NCBI GenBank assembly: GCA_937864115.1
Contig: CALMII010000059.1
Span: 116,812-180,811 of the forward strand
Direction: 5' to 3'
Origin: an uncultured Steroidobacter sp.
GTDB taxonomy: Bacteria > Pseudomonadota > Gammaproteobacteria > Steroidobacterales > Steroidobacteraceae
DNA: 64,000 nucleotides
Both the position numbers and the translations under genes were made by a program. The notes beneath the pieces are model-generated. The model was given only the letters and a program-made list of their open reading frames with translations, was not told where the DNA came from and ran no database searches. Numbering within the stretch: position 1 is the stretch's first letter; each line of letters starts with the position of its first letter. Positions 9,520 through 19,765 of this stretch are shown here, one piece after another.

Positions 9520-9548
9520 GCATCAGCAATCGAATGTCACTTCGTTTC

Positions 9549-10028
9549 TCAATGCACCGCATCCAGCCGGTTGTCGAACACCAGGTCTTCCATCCGCAAG
9601 TAGGCACTCTCCTGCCCCGGCTGGCTGAACAGCACCATCAGCACCACCCATTTCACCTGCTCGATATCGATCTGTCGCGTGTCCAGCGCCAGCAGACGAT
9701 CGATCACGAGTTCGCGCTGCGAGGCGTTCAGAATGCCGATGTTCTCCAGATACAGGATGTATCCGCGACATTCGGTATCGAGGCGCGCCTGTTCACGCGG
9801 ATCGAACACGCGGATCGCGCGTGCCGTCGGCACGGAAACGACGCGTTGCGGATCGGCCGACAGCTGTTCGAGCCACTCGAGTGCCCGGTCGACTTCGCGT
9901 TCCGAAAATCCTGCTCGTTCCAGTTCGTCCTTGAGGGTGTCGCGGTCGGGTTCGGGAGCTGACTCGATATCGGCGTCGAAGTAATTCTCGAAAAGGTAAA
10001 TAAGAATATCGAGAACGCTTTCCTTCAT
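9549..10028 (-). CDS. smg: Smg / DUF494 protein
   Basis: MKESVLDILIYLFENY, LERAGF, IRVFDPREQARLD, ELVIDR, KWVVLMVLF motifs; located between dprA and topA. Confidence 0.93.
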   Translation of the reverse strand: MKESVLDILIYLFENYFDADIESAPEPDRDTLKDELERAGFSEREVDRALEWLEQLSADPQRVVSVPTARAIRVFDPREQARLDTECRGYILYLENIGILNASQRELVIDRLLALDTRQIDIEQVKWVVLMVLFSQPGQESAYLRMEDLVFDNRLDAVH

Positions 10029-10029
10029 T

Positions 10030-11175
10030 TCACTGCCTTGGAGATACGCGGACGTAGAGACCGCCGGGGTGGGAGAGGACGTGACCCTCGAGTTCGAGGA
10101 TCAGCAACATCGACGCCACCTCGTCGGCCCTGAGCCCGGTACGCACGACCAGAAGGTCCACGCCGGTCGGCTCGAAGCCGAGGGCATCTAACAGGATTTC
10201 ATATCCTTTGTCCAATCGCGGCCCGGAATTGCCTGATATTTCAGGTTTTCTCCGCGATGACTCTTCCTGCGGCAAAAATGTCGGCATCTGCAGCAATCGT
10301 GCGAGCGGACGCAGTTCGTCGAAGATGTCCTCGGCGGTTTCCACCAGCTTCGCGCCCTGACGGATCAGGCGATGGCAGCCGCGAGCGAGCGGGTTGTGAA
10401 TCGAGCCGGGAATCGCGAATACCTCGCGTCCCTGTTCCGATGCGAGCCGTGCAGTGATCAGCGATCCGCTCTGCACTGCAGCTTCCACGACCAGCGTGCC
10501 GAGGCTCAGGCCGCTGATGATGCGATTGCGCCGCGGAAAGTTCTGTTTGAAGGGTCGCGTGCCCAGGGGGAATTCGCTGACGAGCGCGCCCTGCGCGGCG
10601 ATTTTTCCGGCGAGCGCCGCATTGCTGCGGGGATAGATGACATCGAGTCCGGTCCCGCAGACCGCGATCGTCTGCCCTTCGCCGGCGAGCGCGCCCCGAT
10701 GGCTGGCCGTGTCGATCCCGATGGCCAGGCCGCTGGTGACGGTCAGCCCGCAGCGTACGAGATGCGCGGCGAAGCCGTGTGCCGTTTCGCTGCCGGCCGG
10801 CGTCGGATTGCGTGCGCCGACCATCGCGAGCTGGGGCATCGACAGCAGGCTCGCATCGCCTCGCACATACAGTGCGTAGGGCGCGTCGCTCAGTTCGGCG
10901 AGCAGGCGCGGATAGTGTTCCGATCCCCAGGTGACGAAATGACGATCGGACGGTTCGAGCCAGCACAGGTCGTTGTCGATCTCGCGTCGCGGAGGCGATC
11001 GCAGGTAGGCAATCAGCCTGTCGTCGATGCCGGCCTCGCGCAGCGAAGACGGCGGACTGGAAACGAGCGCGGCAGCAGAGCCGAACTGCTGCAGCAGCGG
11101 TCCGGCAGTGCCTGCGTGAAATGCGGGGGCTCGCGCCAGGGTCAGCGATGCGGTCAGCTCATCCATGAGCCGCAA
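10030..11175 (-). CDS. dprA: DNA-processing protein DprA
   Basis: AMVGARNPT, SGLAIGIDTASH, FPRRNRIISGLS, VVEAAVQSGSLITA, GREVFAIPGSI motifs; C-terminal winged helix. Confidence 0.95.
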   Translation of the reverse strand: MRLMDELTASLTLARAPAFHAGTAGPLLQQFGSAAALVSSPPSSLREAGIDDRLIAYLRSPPRREIDNDLCWLEPSDRHFVTWGSEHYPRLLAELSDAPYALYVRGDASLLSMPQLAMVGARNPTPAGSETAHGFAAHLVRCGLTVTSGLAIGIDTASHRGALAGEGQTIAVCGTGLDVIYPRSNAALAGKIAAQGALVSEFPLGTRPFKQNFPRRNRIISGLSLGTLVVEAAVQSGSLITARLASEQGREVFAIPGSIHNPLARGCHRLIRQGAKLVETAEDIFDELRPLARLLQMPTFLPQEESSRRKPEISGNSGPRLDKGYEILLDALGFEPTGVDLLVVRTGLRADEVASMLLILELEGHVLSHPGGLYVRVSPRQ

Positions 11176-11273
11176 TCTAAAGCACCGATTCGGGTGTCAG
11201 CGGCGCTGTTAGCGGGGATCTTGTCGAGAAATGGAGATCGGCGACGGCATGTCGCCGATCTCGGGGAGCAGAT

Positions 11274-12404
11274 TCAGGGATTCGCAGCGGAATCGCCTTC
11301 GCGAATTTCCTTCTGCGATTCCAGTACCAGCGCGTAGCTCATGCGCGGCGTGGTGTTGAACACCATGACCAGGCCGATGCGTTCGTCGGGAAGCTGCACT
11401 TTCTTGCCGCCGCCCATCACGCGGCTGTTGCCTGCACCGAGGCCGCCCTTGTTGAACTTGTCGCGCACGACCTCGCCGCGTTCCGACACCGCGAGGATGT
11501 GGCCGGGTTCGAGGCCGGCGGACGAACCGCGATTCAGTGCGACGAGCTGGTACTGACCCATCACCGTCGCTTCCTTCACGGCGATGACCGTGGCCTTCAC
11601 GTCCGAAGACGGGGCGTGCGGCACGAAGTCATCCTTCACGTCCGTGGCTTCGGGGAAGAGCTTGTCGCCCTGCAATGCTTCGCGCACGGTTTCGGTCAGC
11701 ACGAGCTTGGCGGGGTCGCCGGCGCGGGCGACCGGGCCGGAACCGACATAGATGCCGGTGTAGCCGAGCAGATCGTTGTTGTCCGGGTCGCGCAGCTTGC
11801 CGTCCACGTGAACGATGCTGTAGCGGGTGTCCACCGCTGCGTCGCCGATGCCGCGCGCGTAGATCTCATTACCTTCGCCGCCGATCATGTGCTCATCGCG
11901 CAGGGCGACGATGTAAGGCGCTTTTTCCACCTGGTCCTTGTCGAGCAGGACCGGACGCCCGGCGAACCCGGCAATGATTTCGTACGGAATCGAGGTCACC
12001 GCGCGGCTCAGCGGCTCGCGACGGACCTGCGGCGACAGGCGCTTGCTGCCGTCGCCGCGCTCGGCCACGGTCAGGCGCGGCTGGCCATCGATATAAATGA
12101 GTTTGAGAACGTCACCCGGATAGATGAGGTGCGGATTGGCGACCTGCGGATTCAGGTACCAGATTTCCGGCCAGTACCAGGGGTCGCGCAGGTACAGCTT
12201 GGAAATGTCCCAGAGCGTGTCGCCGCGTTTGACGACGTATTCGTCGGGGGCACTCGCGGCGAGCGGGATGTTGCTGCCCGTGGCGATGGTGCGGGTGGAA
12301 TCCTGGGCCGAGGAGGTGAGGGGCACCGTGCCTGCCGCGAAGGTCAGACACGCCATCACGCCGAGCACCACCGCCGGACGAATTTGCGAAGTCGCAGTCT
12401 TCAT
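11274..12404 (-). CDS. LysM peptidoglycan-binding exported protein (TsaP-like)
   Basis: Signal peptide; LysM YVVKRGDTLWDIS...WPEIW...NPHLIYPGD; conserved position between def and dprA. Start at ATG 12404 preferred. Confidence 0.88.
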   Translation of the reverse strand: MKTATSQIRPAVVLGVMACLTFAAGTVPLTSSAQDSTRTIATGSNIPLAASAPDEYVVKRGDTLWDISKLYLRDPWYWPEIWYLNPQVANPHLIYPGDVLKLIYIDGQPRLTVAERGDGSKRLSPQVRREPLSRAVTSIPYEIIAGFAGRPVLLDKDQVEKAPYIVALRDEHMIGGEGNEIYARGIGDAAVDTRYSIVHVDGKLRDPDNNDLLGYTGIYVGSGPVARAGDPAKLVLTETVREALQGDKLFPEATDVKDDFVPHAPSSDVKATVIAVKEATVMGQYQLVALNRGSSAGLEPGHILAVSERGEVVRDKFNKGGLGAGNSRVMGGGKKVQLPDERIGLVMVFNTTPRMSYALVLESQKEIREGDSAANP

Positions 12405-12698
12405 GCGCCGAACACGCTCCATTGCCTTTGACCATCGATATCCCGTGCCTGCCGTTCCTGGCCTTATACTTCTGGCGGAACGACCGGTGCGTCGGGGGCT
12501 GCTGCGGCGCGTCAGGGACCGCCGCTACACGCCTGTTTGGGCTGTATTAAGTTCAACGTTCACTGAACTTTAGCAGCATCATTGCAACGAGTGCACAAAC
12601 GGCCTTCAGCCCCGAGACGTGGTTCTCATTCCGGTTGAATCGACCCACCGGACCGCAGTCATCGGGTCCGGAGCATGATCGAGTGCAGGTAAACAGAC

Positions 12699-13229
12699 AT
12701 GGCATTACTTCCCATTCTTGAATTTCCGGATCCGCGCCTGCGGACCAGGGCCGAGCCGGTCAAGGAAGTCGATGCCGCCCTGCGCAAGCTCATCGATGAC
12801 ATGTTCGAAACCATGTATGCGGCGCCCGGTATCGGCCTGGCGGCGACGCAGGTCAATGTCCACAAGCGCCTGCTGGTGATCGACATCAGCGAGAAGCACA
12901 ACGAGCCGCTGGCGCTGATCAATCCGGAGATCATCGCGCGCGATGGCGTCGAGGAAACCGAAGAAGGCTGCCTGTCGGTGCCCGGCATCTACGACAAGGT
13001 GCGCCGCGCCGAAAAGATCCGCGTACGCGCGCTCGATCGCAACGGCAAGCAGATCGAGCTCGATGCCGATGGCCTGCTCGCCGTGTGCATCCAGCACGAG
13101 ATGGATCATCTCGACGGCAAACTGTTCGTCGACTATCTCTCCGATCTCAAGCGCACGCGCATCCGCAAGAAGCTGGAGAAGGAGCGTCGTGAGGCGCCCG
13201 CGCCGCGCGCCAAGGTCCCGGCGATCTGA
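12699..13229 (+). CDS. def: Peptide deformylase
   Basis: [14 protein letters not shown] and HEMDH motifs. Confidence 0.97.
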   Translation: MALLPILEFPDPRLRTRAEPVKEVDAALRKLIDDMFETMYAAPGIGLAATQVNVHKRLLVIDISEKHNEPLALINPEIIARDGVEETEEGCLSVPGIYDKVRRAEKIRVRALDRNGKQIELDADGLLAVCIQHEMDHLDGKLFVDYLSDLKRTRIRKKLEKERREAPAPRAKVPAI

Positions 13230-13247
13230 TCGGGCCGGTCCAGACGC

Positions 13248-14183
13248 TTGAAATCCCTGTCCATCGTTTTCGCCGGCACGCCGGATTTTTCGGTGCCGGC
13301 GCTCGACGCATTGGTGGCCTCGCGCCATCGGGTCGTCGCCGTCTATACGCAGCCGGATCGTCCGGCGGGTCGCGGTCAGCAGCTGGCGATGAGCGCAGTC
13401 AAACAATGCGCGCTGCGTCACGGGTTGCCGGTCGAACAGCCGCCGACCTTGCGCGATGCGGCTGCAGTCGAGCGCCTGAAGTCGTGGCAGCCGGATCTCA
13501 TGGTCGTCGTCGCCTACGGCCTGATCTTGCCGGCGACCGTGCTGCAGATTCCGCTGCTCGGCTGTCTCAACATTCACGCCTCGCTGCTGCCGCGCTGGCG
13601 CGGCGCGGCGCCGATTCATCGCGCGCTGCAGGCCGGCGATGCGCAGACGGGCGTGACGATCATGCAGATGGATGCCGGGCTCGATACCGGGCCGATGCTG
13701 CTGGAGCGCGTGACGCCGATCGAGCCGACCGACACCGGTTCGACACTGCACGATCGCCTCGCACAGCTCGGTGCCGAAGCCCTGATCGCCGCGATCGACG
13801 GCCTTCAGGACGGCTCGATCGCGCCCCGACCGCAGCCCGAGACCGGCGCAACGTACGCCAGCAAGCTGCGCAAGGACGAAGCGCTGATCGACTGGCAGCG
13901 CACGAGCACCGAGATCGACCGGCAGATCCGCGCCTTCAATCCCTGGCCCGTGGCCGAGACACGCTGGAACGGCCAGCAGTTGCGCATCTGGCAGGCGAGC
14001 CCTTCCGCCGAAGCCGTCTCTGCCGCACCGGGCACCGTGATCGGCGGCGATGCGCACGGCATACGCGTCGCGACCGGTGATGGCGTCATCGCGCTCATGC
14101 GAATCCAGCTGGCCGGGCGTCGCGCCGTCAGCGCTGCTGAATTCATGAACGCGCATCGCATCACCGGCGCCGTGCTGACGTGA
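13248..14183 (+). CDS. fmt: Methionyl-tRNA formyltransferase
   Basis: FAGTPDF, VYTQPDRPAGRG, NIHASLLPRWRGAAPI, TGVTIMQMDAGLDTG motifs; TTG start. Confidence 0.97.
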   Translation: MKSLSIVFAGTPDFSVPALDALVASRHRVVAVYTQPDRPAGRGQQLAMSAVKQCALRHGLPVEQPPTLRDAAAVERLKSWQPDLMVVVAYGLILPATVLQIPLLGCLNIHASLLPRWRGAAPIHRALQAGDAQTGVTIMQMDAGLDTGPMLLERVTPIEPTDTGSTLHDRLAQLGAEALIAAIDGLQDGSIAPRPQPETGATYASKLRKDEALIDWQRTSTEIDRQIRAFNPWPVAETRWNGQQLRIWQASPSAEAVSAAPGTVIGGDAHGIRVATGDGVIALMRIQLAGRRAVSAAEFMNAHRITGAVLT

Positions 14184-15517
14184 GCCGCTCCGCCGCCATC
14201 CGTGCGCGGGCCGCGCGCATCGTGGCGCAGGTTGCTTTTCACGGTCGTTCGCTCGATGCCGCGCTCGCCGCCGACGCGGCCGGCACGCCGCAGGAACGCG
14301 GACTGCTGCGCTCGCTCTGCTACGACAGCATCCGCTGGTATCTGCGTCTGGATGCGCTGCTCAAACGTCTGCTGACCCGGCCCGGGCAGACGCTCGATCC
14401 CGACCTGCACGCACTCGTCATCGTCGGCCTGGCGCAATTGCTCTACACGGACATTCCTGCGCACGCGGCGGTCGATGAAACCGTCAACGCCGTGCGCAAT
14501 CTGCGCCAGCCGCGTGCGGCCGGACTCGTCAACGCCATCCTGCGTCGCTGCCAGCGCGAAGGCGCGAAGCTCGGCGAGCAGATCGATCGCGATCCCGCCG
14601 TGCGTACGGCACATCCGGCATGGCTGGTGAGTGCGCTCGAACAGGACTGGCCGGATCGCGCGCCGTCGATCCTCGCCGCCAACAACGAACGTCCACCGTT
14701 CTGGTTGCGCGTCAATCGCCGCCGAATCGCGGGCAGCGACTATCGACGGCAGCTGGAAGCGTCGGGACACGAGATCGCCGCGAGCCTGTTCGACGATCAC
14801 GCCCTGCGGCTGGCGCGTGCCATCGATGTGCACGAGTTGCCCGGATTCGCGGCAGGGCTGGTGTCCGTGCAGGACGCCGCGGCGCAGCTCGCCGCCTTCC
14901 TGCTCGATCCGGAGGCGGGTCATCGGGTTCTCGATGCGTGCGCCGCGCCGGGCGGCAAGACCTGTCACCTGCTCGAGCTGCAGCCGCGAGTGGCGGAACT
15001 CATCGCCATCGATGTGTCCAAGGAAAGGCTGACGCGCGTCGACGACAACCTGCGGCGCCTGCAACTGTCTGCAACGGTATTCGCCGCCGATGCGGCCGAG
15101 CCGGCGCAATGGTGGGACGGCCAGCCGTTCGACCGCATCCTGCTCGACGTGCCGTGCTCCGCGACCGGCGTCATTCGGCGACATGCGGACATCAAGCTGT
15201 TGCGGCGTGCGGAAGACATCCCCGTGCTGGTGCAACGGCAGAAGGAACTGCTGGCGCGAGCCTGGCCGATGCTGCGTCCGGGCGGACGGCTGCTGTATGC
15301 GAGTTGTTCCGTTCTCAAGGCCGAGACGCGCGACGTGGTGGGAGACTTTCTCGACCGCACCCCGGATGCGCGCGACACGACGCAGCACCGGTTGCCGACA
15401 TTGCCCGCGGACGTGACGGCAGGAATGCGGTCCGACGGCCCCGGGCAGGCCATCCTTACCGGGACAGCCGGCATGGATGGCTTTTATTATGCGTGCCTGG
15501 AGAAGCAGGCAGGATGA
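14180..15517 (+). CDS. rsmB: 16S rRNA m5C967 methyltransferase RsmB (Sun)
   Basis: NusB-like N-terminus, VLDACAAPGGKT, ILLDVPCSATG, LLYASCS, DGFYYA motifs. Confidence 0.96.
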   Translation: MSRSAAIRARAARIVAQVAFHGRSLDAALAADAAGTPQERGLLRSLCYDSIRWYLRLDALLKRLLTRPGQTLDPDLHALVIVGLAQLLYTDIPAHAAVDETVNAVRNLRQPRAAGLVNAILRRCQREGAKLGEQIDRDPAVRTAHPAWLVSALEQDWPDRAPSILAANNERPPFWLRVNRRRIAGSDYRRQLEASGHEIAASLFDDHALRLARAIDVHELPGFAAGLVSVQDAAAQLAAFLLDPEAGHRVLDACAAPGGKTCHLLELQPRVAELIAIDVSKERLTRVDDNLRRLQLSATVFAADAAEPAQWWDGQPFDRILLDVPCSATGVIRRHADIKLLRRAEDIPVLVQRQKELLARAWPMLRPGGRLLYASCSVLKAETRDVVGDFLDRTPDARDTTQHRLPTLPADVTAGMRSDGPGQAILTGTAGMDGFYYACLEKQAG

Positions 15518-15575
15518 GGGTTCGTTGCGAGCGATCGGTCCACAAGTGGCTCGGCGGGGAGGCGCGAATGCAGCC

Positions 15576-16127
15576 ATGCGCTGCACGCTGTGGTTCCTCG
15601 TCTGCGCGCTGTGGTCCGTTGTGGCGTGGTCGCAGCAGCAGCGCTTCGAGATCCGCTCGGCCTATGTCGAACGCACCGAAGGTGTCTATCAGCTCAATGC
15701 CACGCTGGTTTTCGAGCTGCCGGACGGCGCGCGCGAGGCGATCCGCGAAGGCTCGCCGCTCACGCTCGATCTGGACATCGTGCTGCATCGATCGCGCCGT
15801 CTGTGGCTCGACGAGAGCGTCGCCTCGCTGGAACAGCACTACGAAGTCAGTTTCCACGCGCTGAGCGAGCGCTACCTGGTCCGCAATCTCAACAGCGGCG
15901 AGCAGTCTTCGTTCCCGACACTCGACGCCGCGCTCGATTCGCTGCGCGTCATTTCCAATCTGCCGATTCTCGATCAGTCGCTGGTCGTGCCGGATTCGCG
16001 CCATGAAATCAGTCTGCGCGCGCATCTCGACGTACGCACCATGCCCGATGCGCTGCGGTTCATCGTGTTCTGGGCCAATGACTGGCGCCAGAGCACCGAG
16101 TGGTACACATGGTCGCCGCAGATCTGA
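15576..16127 (+). CDS. DUF4390 domain exported protein
   Basis: Signal peptide from ATG 15576; YEVSFHALSERY and LDVRTMP motifs; conserved position between rsmB and ntrY. Confidence 0.85.
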   Translation: MRCTLWFLVCALWSVVAWSQQQRFEIRSAYVERTEGVYQLNATLVFELPDGAREAIREGSPLTLDLDIVLHRSRRLWLDESVASLEQHYEVSFHALSERYLVRNLNSGEQSSFPTLDAALDSLRVISNLPILDQSLVVPDSRHEISLRAHLDVRTMPDALRFIVFWANDWRQSTEWYTWSPQI

Positions 16128-18376
16128 AACGCATCATCGTCACGGTCCTGGTGCTGATCGGCTCCGGACTGTGGCTGGCTGCGTTGTTGATGATGGCCCA
16201 GACGGTGCAGCAGTCGGCGAATTTCAGCGACCTGCATCCCATCATCCTCGGCGTCAACGTCGCCGGCCTGATCGTGCTGCTGGTCCTCATCGGCGGACGA
16301 CTCACCCAGCTCATGCGCGACTGGCGCAAGCGCGTCGTCGGTTCGCGGTTGGAAGCGCGCATGGTGTGGATGTCGGCGACGCTGGCGCTGGTGCCGCTGC
16401 TGCTGGTGTTCTACTTCTCCGTCGTGTTCCTGAATCGCGGCATCGACAGCTGGTTCCATGTCGAGATCCGCGCCGGCCTCGAAGACGCGCTGACGCTGTC
16501 GCGCGCCGCGCTGGATCTGCGCATGCGCGAGGATCTGGATCGCACGCGCGCGATTGCGGATGAACTGTCGCATCACGCCGATGACCCGGTGCGTGTGCTC
16601 GACGAACTGCGTCGCGCCAACGAAGCGATCGATGTCACGCTGCTCGGCAGCAACAATCGCATCGTCGCCGCGAGTTCGGATCGCATCGCGGAGATTCCGG
16701 CGGCGCCGAGCGACGAACTGGTGATGCAGGTGCGGCAGGGCCGCCAGTACGTGACGCTGGATCCGCTGGCCGGCGGCGGCTACGTCGTGCGCACCGCGGC
16801 ACAAGTGCCGCGCACGCAGCCGGGCGAGGAAGTCCGCATGGTGCTCGCGACCTTCGCGATCGAACGGCGTCTCGGCGAGCTGGCCGACACGGTCGAATCC
16901 GCCTATCAGCGCTATGGCGAAAAGGCACGCCTGCGCGAACCGCTGAAAGACAGCTTCACCCTCACGCTCACCCTCGTGCTGTTGCTGTCGTTGTTCGCCG
17001 CGCTCTACGGCGCGTTCTGGTCGGCGCGTCGGCTGGTGCGACCGATCCAGGATCTCGTGGCGGGAACGCGCGCGGTGGCGAAAGGCGATCTGGACATGCG
17101 CCTGCCGCTCACCTCGCACGACGAGATGGGCATTCTCGTTCACTCGTTCAATGACATGACGAAGCGTCTCGCGCGCAGTCGCGAGGAAGCGCGTCGCAGC
17201 CAGCAGGCGGTGGAAGCGGAACGCACGAATCTCGCCGTGATCCTGGCGCGCCTGTCGACCGGCGTCATTTCGCTCGAACCGGACCGGACGATTCGCACCG
17301 TGAACCAGGCTGCCGCCGCGATCCTCAATGCCGACATCGAAAGCAGTGTCGGCAAACCGCTGGCAGCCGCGGCCACGGATGCGAACAGCGCCCTGTTCTC
17401 GCAGTTCGAGACCGCCTGCAGCGCACATCTCGATTCGGGCGAGACGGAATGGCGCGAGCAGCTCGTGCTGCAGGGAGAGACGAGCCGTCGCGTGCTCATG
17501 TGCGCCTGCACGACCTTGTCCGGCGAGGATCGCAGTCCCGGCGGCTATGTGATCGTGTTCGATGACATCACGGCGCTGCTGCAGGCGCAGCGCGATGCCG
17601 CCTGGGGCGAGGTGGCACGCCGGCTGGCGCACGAGATCAAGAATCCGCTGACGCCCATTCAGCTGTCGGCGGAGCGCATGCGGCGTAAATTGCTCGGATC
17701 GATGGATGAGGCGCAGGCGCAGGTGCTGGATCGCGCCACCCACACCATCGTCCAGCAGGTCGAGGCCATGAAGGAAATGGTCAATGCCTTCAGCGAATAT
17801 GCGCGTGCGCCGGAAATGGATGTGTCACGATTCGATCTGAATCAGCTCATCACCGAAGTGGCCGAACTGTACCGCGCGCAGGGGCCGAGGCATCAGCCGA
17901 AGCTCGATCTGGCGAGCGGACCGCTGGAGATCGAAGCTGACCGGGGCCGGATGCGCCAGATCCTCCACAACCTGCTGGCCAATGCCATCGAGGCGCTGGA
18001 GGGGTCGGCCGATCCGGCGCTGCGTATCGAGACCCATCGGATCGAGACATGCAGGACAGAGAATCAGGGTGACAATGGCTCCGGGGATCCCGTGGCGAGT
18101 ACGGCGGAAATCATTGTCGAGGATAATGGGCCGGGGTTCAGGCCGGACGTCATCGGCCAGGTCTTCGACCCCTACGTCACCACGAAGCCGAAGGGCACCG
18201 GGCTGGGGCTTGCAATCGTGAAGAAAATCGTCGAAGAACACGGCGGAAAAATCGAAGCGGACAACGTCCGTACCGGCGGAGCCCGGGTGCGGATCGAACT
18301 GCCGCTGAGCGCGACTTCCCGGACCGGCGCTCCGATCCGTGAAAGACGTACGGGGCCGAGGAGGGAACGTGCATGA
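16100..18376 (+). CDS. ntrY: NtrY-like sensor histidine kinase (TM-HAMP-PAS-HisKA-HATPase)
   Basis: GIDSWF periplasmic motif, HAMP, AWGEVARRLAHEIKNPLTPIQLSAER H-box, DNGPG and KGTGLGL. Exact start uncertain (16100 or 16109). Confidence 0.92.
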   Translation: MVHMVAADLKRIIVTVLVLIGSGLWLAALLMMAQTVQQSANFSDLHPIILGVNVAGLIVLLVLIGGRLTQLMRDWRKRVVGSRLEARMVWMSATLALVPLLLVFYFSVVFLNRGIDSWFHVEIRAGLEDALTLSRAALDLRMREDLDRTRAIADELSHHADDPVRVLDELRRANEAIDVTLLGSNNRIVAASSDRIAEIPAAPSDELVMQVRQGRQYVTLDPLAGGGYVVRTAAQVPRTQPGEEVRMVLATFAIERRLGELADTVESAYQRYGEKARLREPLKDSFTLTLTLVLLLSLFAALYGAFWSARRLVRPIQDLVAGTRAVAKGDLDMRLPLTSHDEMGILVHSFNDMTKRLARSREEARRSQQAVEAERTNLAVILARLSTGVISLEPDRTIRTVNQAAAAILNADIESSVGKPLAAAATDANSALFSQFETACSAHLDSGETEWREQLVLQGETSRRVLMCACTTLSGEDRSPGGYVIVFDDITALLQAQRDAAWGEVARRLAHEIKNPLTPIQLSAERMRRKLLGSMDEAQAQVLDRATHTIVQQVEAMKEMVNAFSEYARAPEMDVSRFDLNQLITEVAELYRAQGPRHQPKLDLASGPLEIEADRGRMRQILHNLLANAIEALEGSADPALRIETHRIETCRTENQGDNGSGDPVASTAEIIVEDNGPGFRPDVIGQVFDPYVTTKPKGTGLGLAIVKKIVEEHGGKIEADNVRTGGARVRIELPLSATSRTGAPIRERRTGPRRERA

Positions 18377-19737
18377 GTGCTGCGCGCATTCTGGTCGTCG
18401 ATGACGAATCCGAGATTCGCGGACTGCTGAAGGAAATCCTCGCGGACGAGGGTTACGAGGTCGACGTCGCCGCCGACGCTGCGGAAGCACGCACGCGTCG
18501 CGCCCAGCACGATCCGGACCTGGTGCTGCTCGACATCTGGATGCCGGACATGGACGGCATTACGCTGCTGCGCGAATGGTCGCAGACCAACGGCGCCAAC
18601 TGCCCTGTGGTCATGATGTCCGGGCACGGCACGGTCGAGACTGCAGTCGAAGCGACCCGGCTCGGCGCCTTCGACTTCGTCGAAAAGCCGCTGTCGCTCG
18701 CCAAGCTCCTGCGCACCGTCGAACGCGCGCTCGATTCGGGCCGCAATCGCCGTCAGGCGGGACGCACGCTGGTGCCGGCACTGATCGCGCCGGTCGGCAA
18801 GAGCCGGGCGATGCATGCGCTGCGCGAACAGGTACAGCAGGTTGCGCCCCACGATACGCCGGTGCTCATCGTCGGCGAGTCGGGCACGGGTCGCGAGGCC
18901 TTCGCCCGCTACATTCATTCGATCAGTCCGCGTTCCAGCGGTCCGTTCGTGCAGCTCGTGGCGACCGGCATGACGGACGACGGCGCGGCCGCAGCGCTGC
19001 ATGGCACCGAAGATCGCGAAGGCGTCCATGCCGGCCTCCTGGAACAGGCCGCCGGCGGCGTGCTGTTCATCAATGGCCTGGAAGATCTGCCGCAGAAGGC
19101 GCAGGGCCTGCTGGTCGCTGCGCTGGAAACGCAGAGCGTCACACGCGTCGGCGGTGCTGCACCGGTAAAGCTCAATCTGCGCGTCATCAGCTCCGCGACG
19201 CCGCGCATGCTCAACGGCGAATCGGGCGCGACCCTCCGCCCCGAACTGCTCTCGCGCCTCAACGTCATCACCCTGAACGTGCCGCCGCTGCGCGACTACG
19301 CGCAGGACGTGCCGGACCTGCTGCGCTACTACGTCGATCGCCTCGTCGACGAAGAACGCCTGCCGTTCCGCCGCTTCGGCGTCGCCGCCCAGAACCGCCT
19401 GCGCAACTACCCCTGGCCGGGCAATGTGCGCGAACTCAAGAACCTGGTGCAGCGACTGCTGATCCTCGGCGGCGAAGAAGAAATCCGCCTCGAAGAAATC
19501 GAACGCGAACTCGCCTCGCAGGCCCCGACCACCGAACCGCTGGTGAAGCAGGACCTATTGGCCCTGCCGCTGCGCGAAGCGCGCGAACACTTCGAACGCG
19601 CCTACCTGCAGCAGCAGTTGATCCTGTGCAACGGCAAGGTCGGCCAGCTCGCCAAACGCGTCGGCATGGAACGCACGCACCTGTATCGCAAGCTGCGCTC
19701 GCTCGGGGTGGATTTCAGGCAGCTGGCGGAAGATTGA
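18373..19737 (+). CDS. ntrX: NtrX-like response regulator (REC - degenerate AAA+ - Fis HTH)
   Basis: ILVVDDE/LLDIWMP receiver domain, WPGNVRELKN, C-terminal GMERTHLYRKL HTH; Walker and GAFTGA motifs degenerate. Confidence 0.92.
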   Translation: MSAARILVVDDESEIRGLLKEILADEGYEVDVAADAAEARTRRAQHDPDLVLLDIWMPDMDGITLLREWSQTNGANCPVVMMSGHGTVETAVEATRLGAFDFVEKPLSLAKLLRTVERALDSGRNRRQAGRTLVPALIAPVGKSRAMHALREQVQQVAPHDTPVLIVGESGTGREAFARYIHSISPRSSGPFVQLVATGMTDDGAAAALHGTEDREGVHAGLLEQAAGGVLFINGLEDLPQKAQGLLVAALETQSVTRVGGAAPVKLNLRVISSATPRMLNGESGATLRPELLSRLNVITLNVPPLRDYAQDVPDLLRYYVDRLVDEERLPFRRFGVAAQNRLRNYPWPGNVRELKNLVQRLLILGGEEEIRLEEIERELASQAPTTEPLVKQDLLALPLREAREHFERAYLQQQLILCNGKVGQLAKRVGMERTHLYRKLRSLGVDFRQLAED

Positions 19738-19765
19738 TGCGGTCGGTGTCGTGCGGGTCGGCGCC

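Noticed and set aside
18040-18110. About 20-aa insertion (RIETCRTENQGDNGSGDPV) in the NtrY ATPase domain with a small atcgagac duplication
   Set aside because: In-frame loop insertion of a kind common in kinases; no evidence of a mobile origin.
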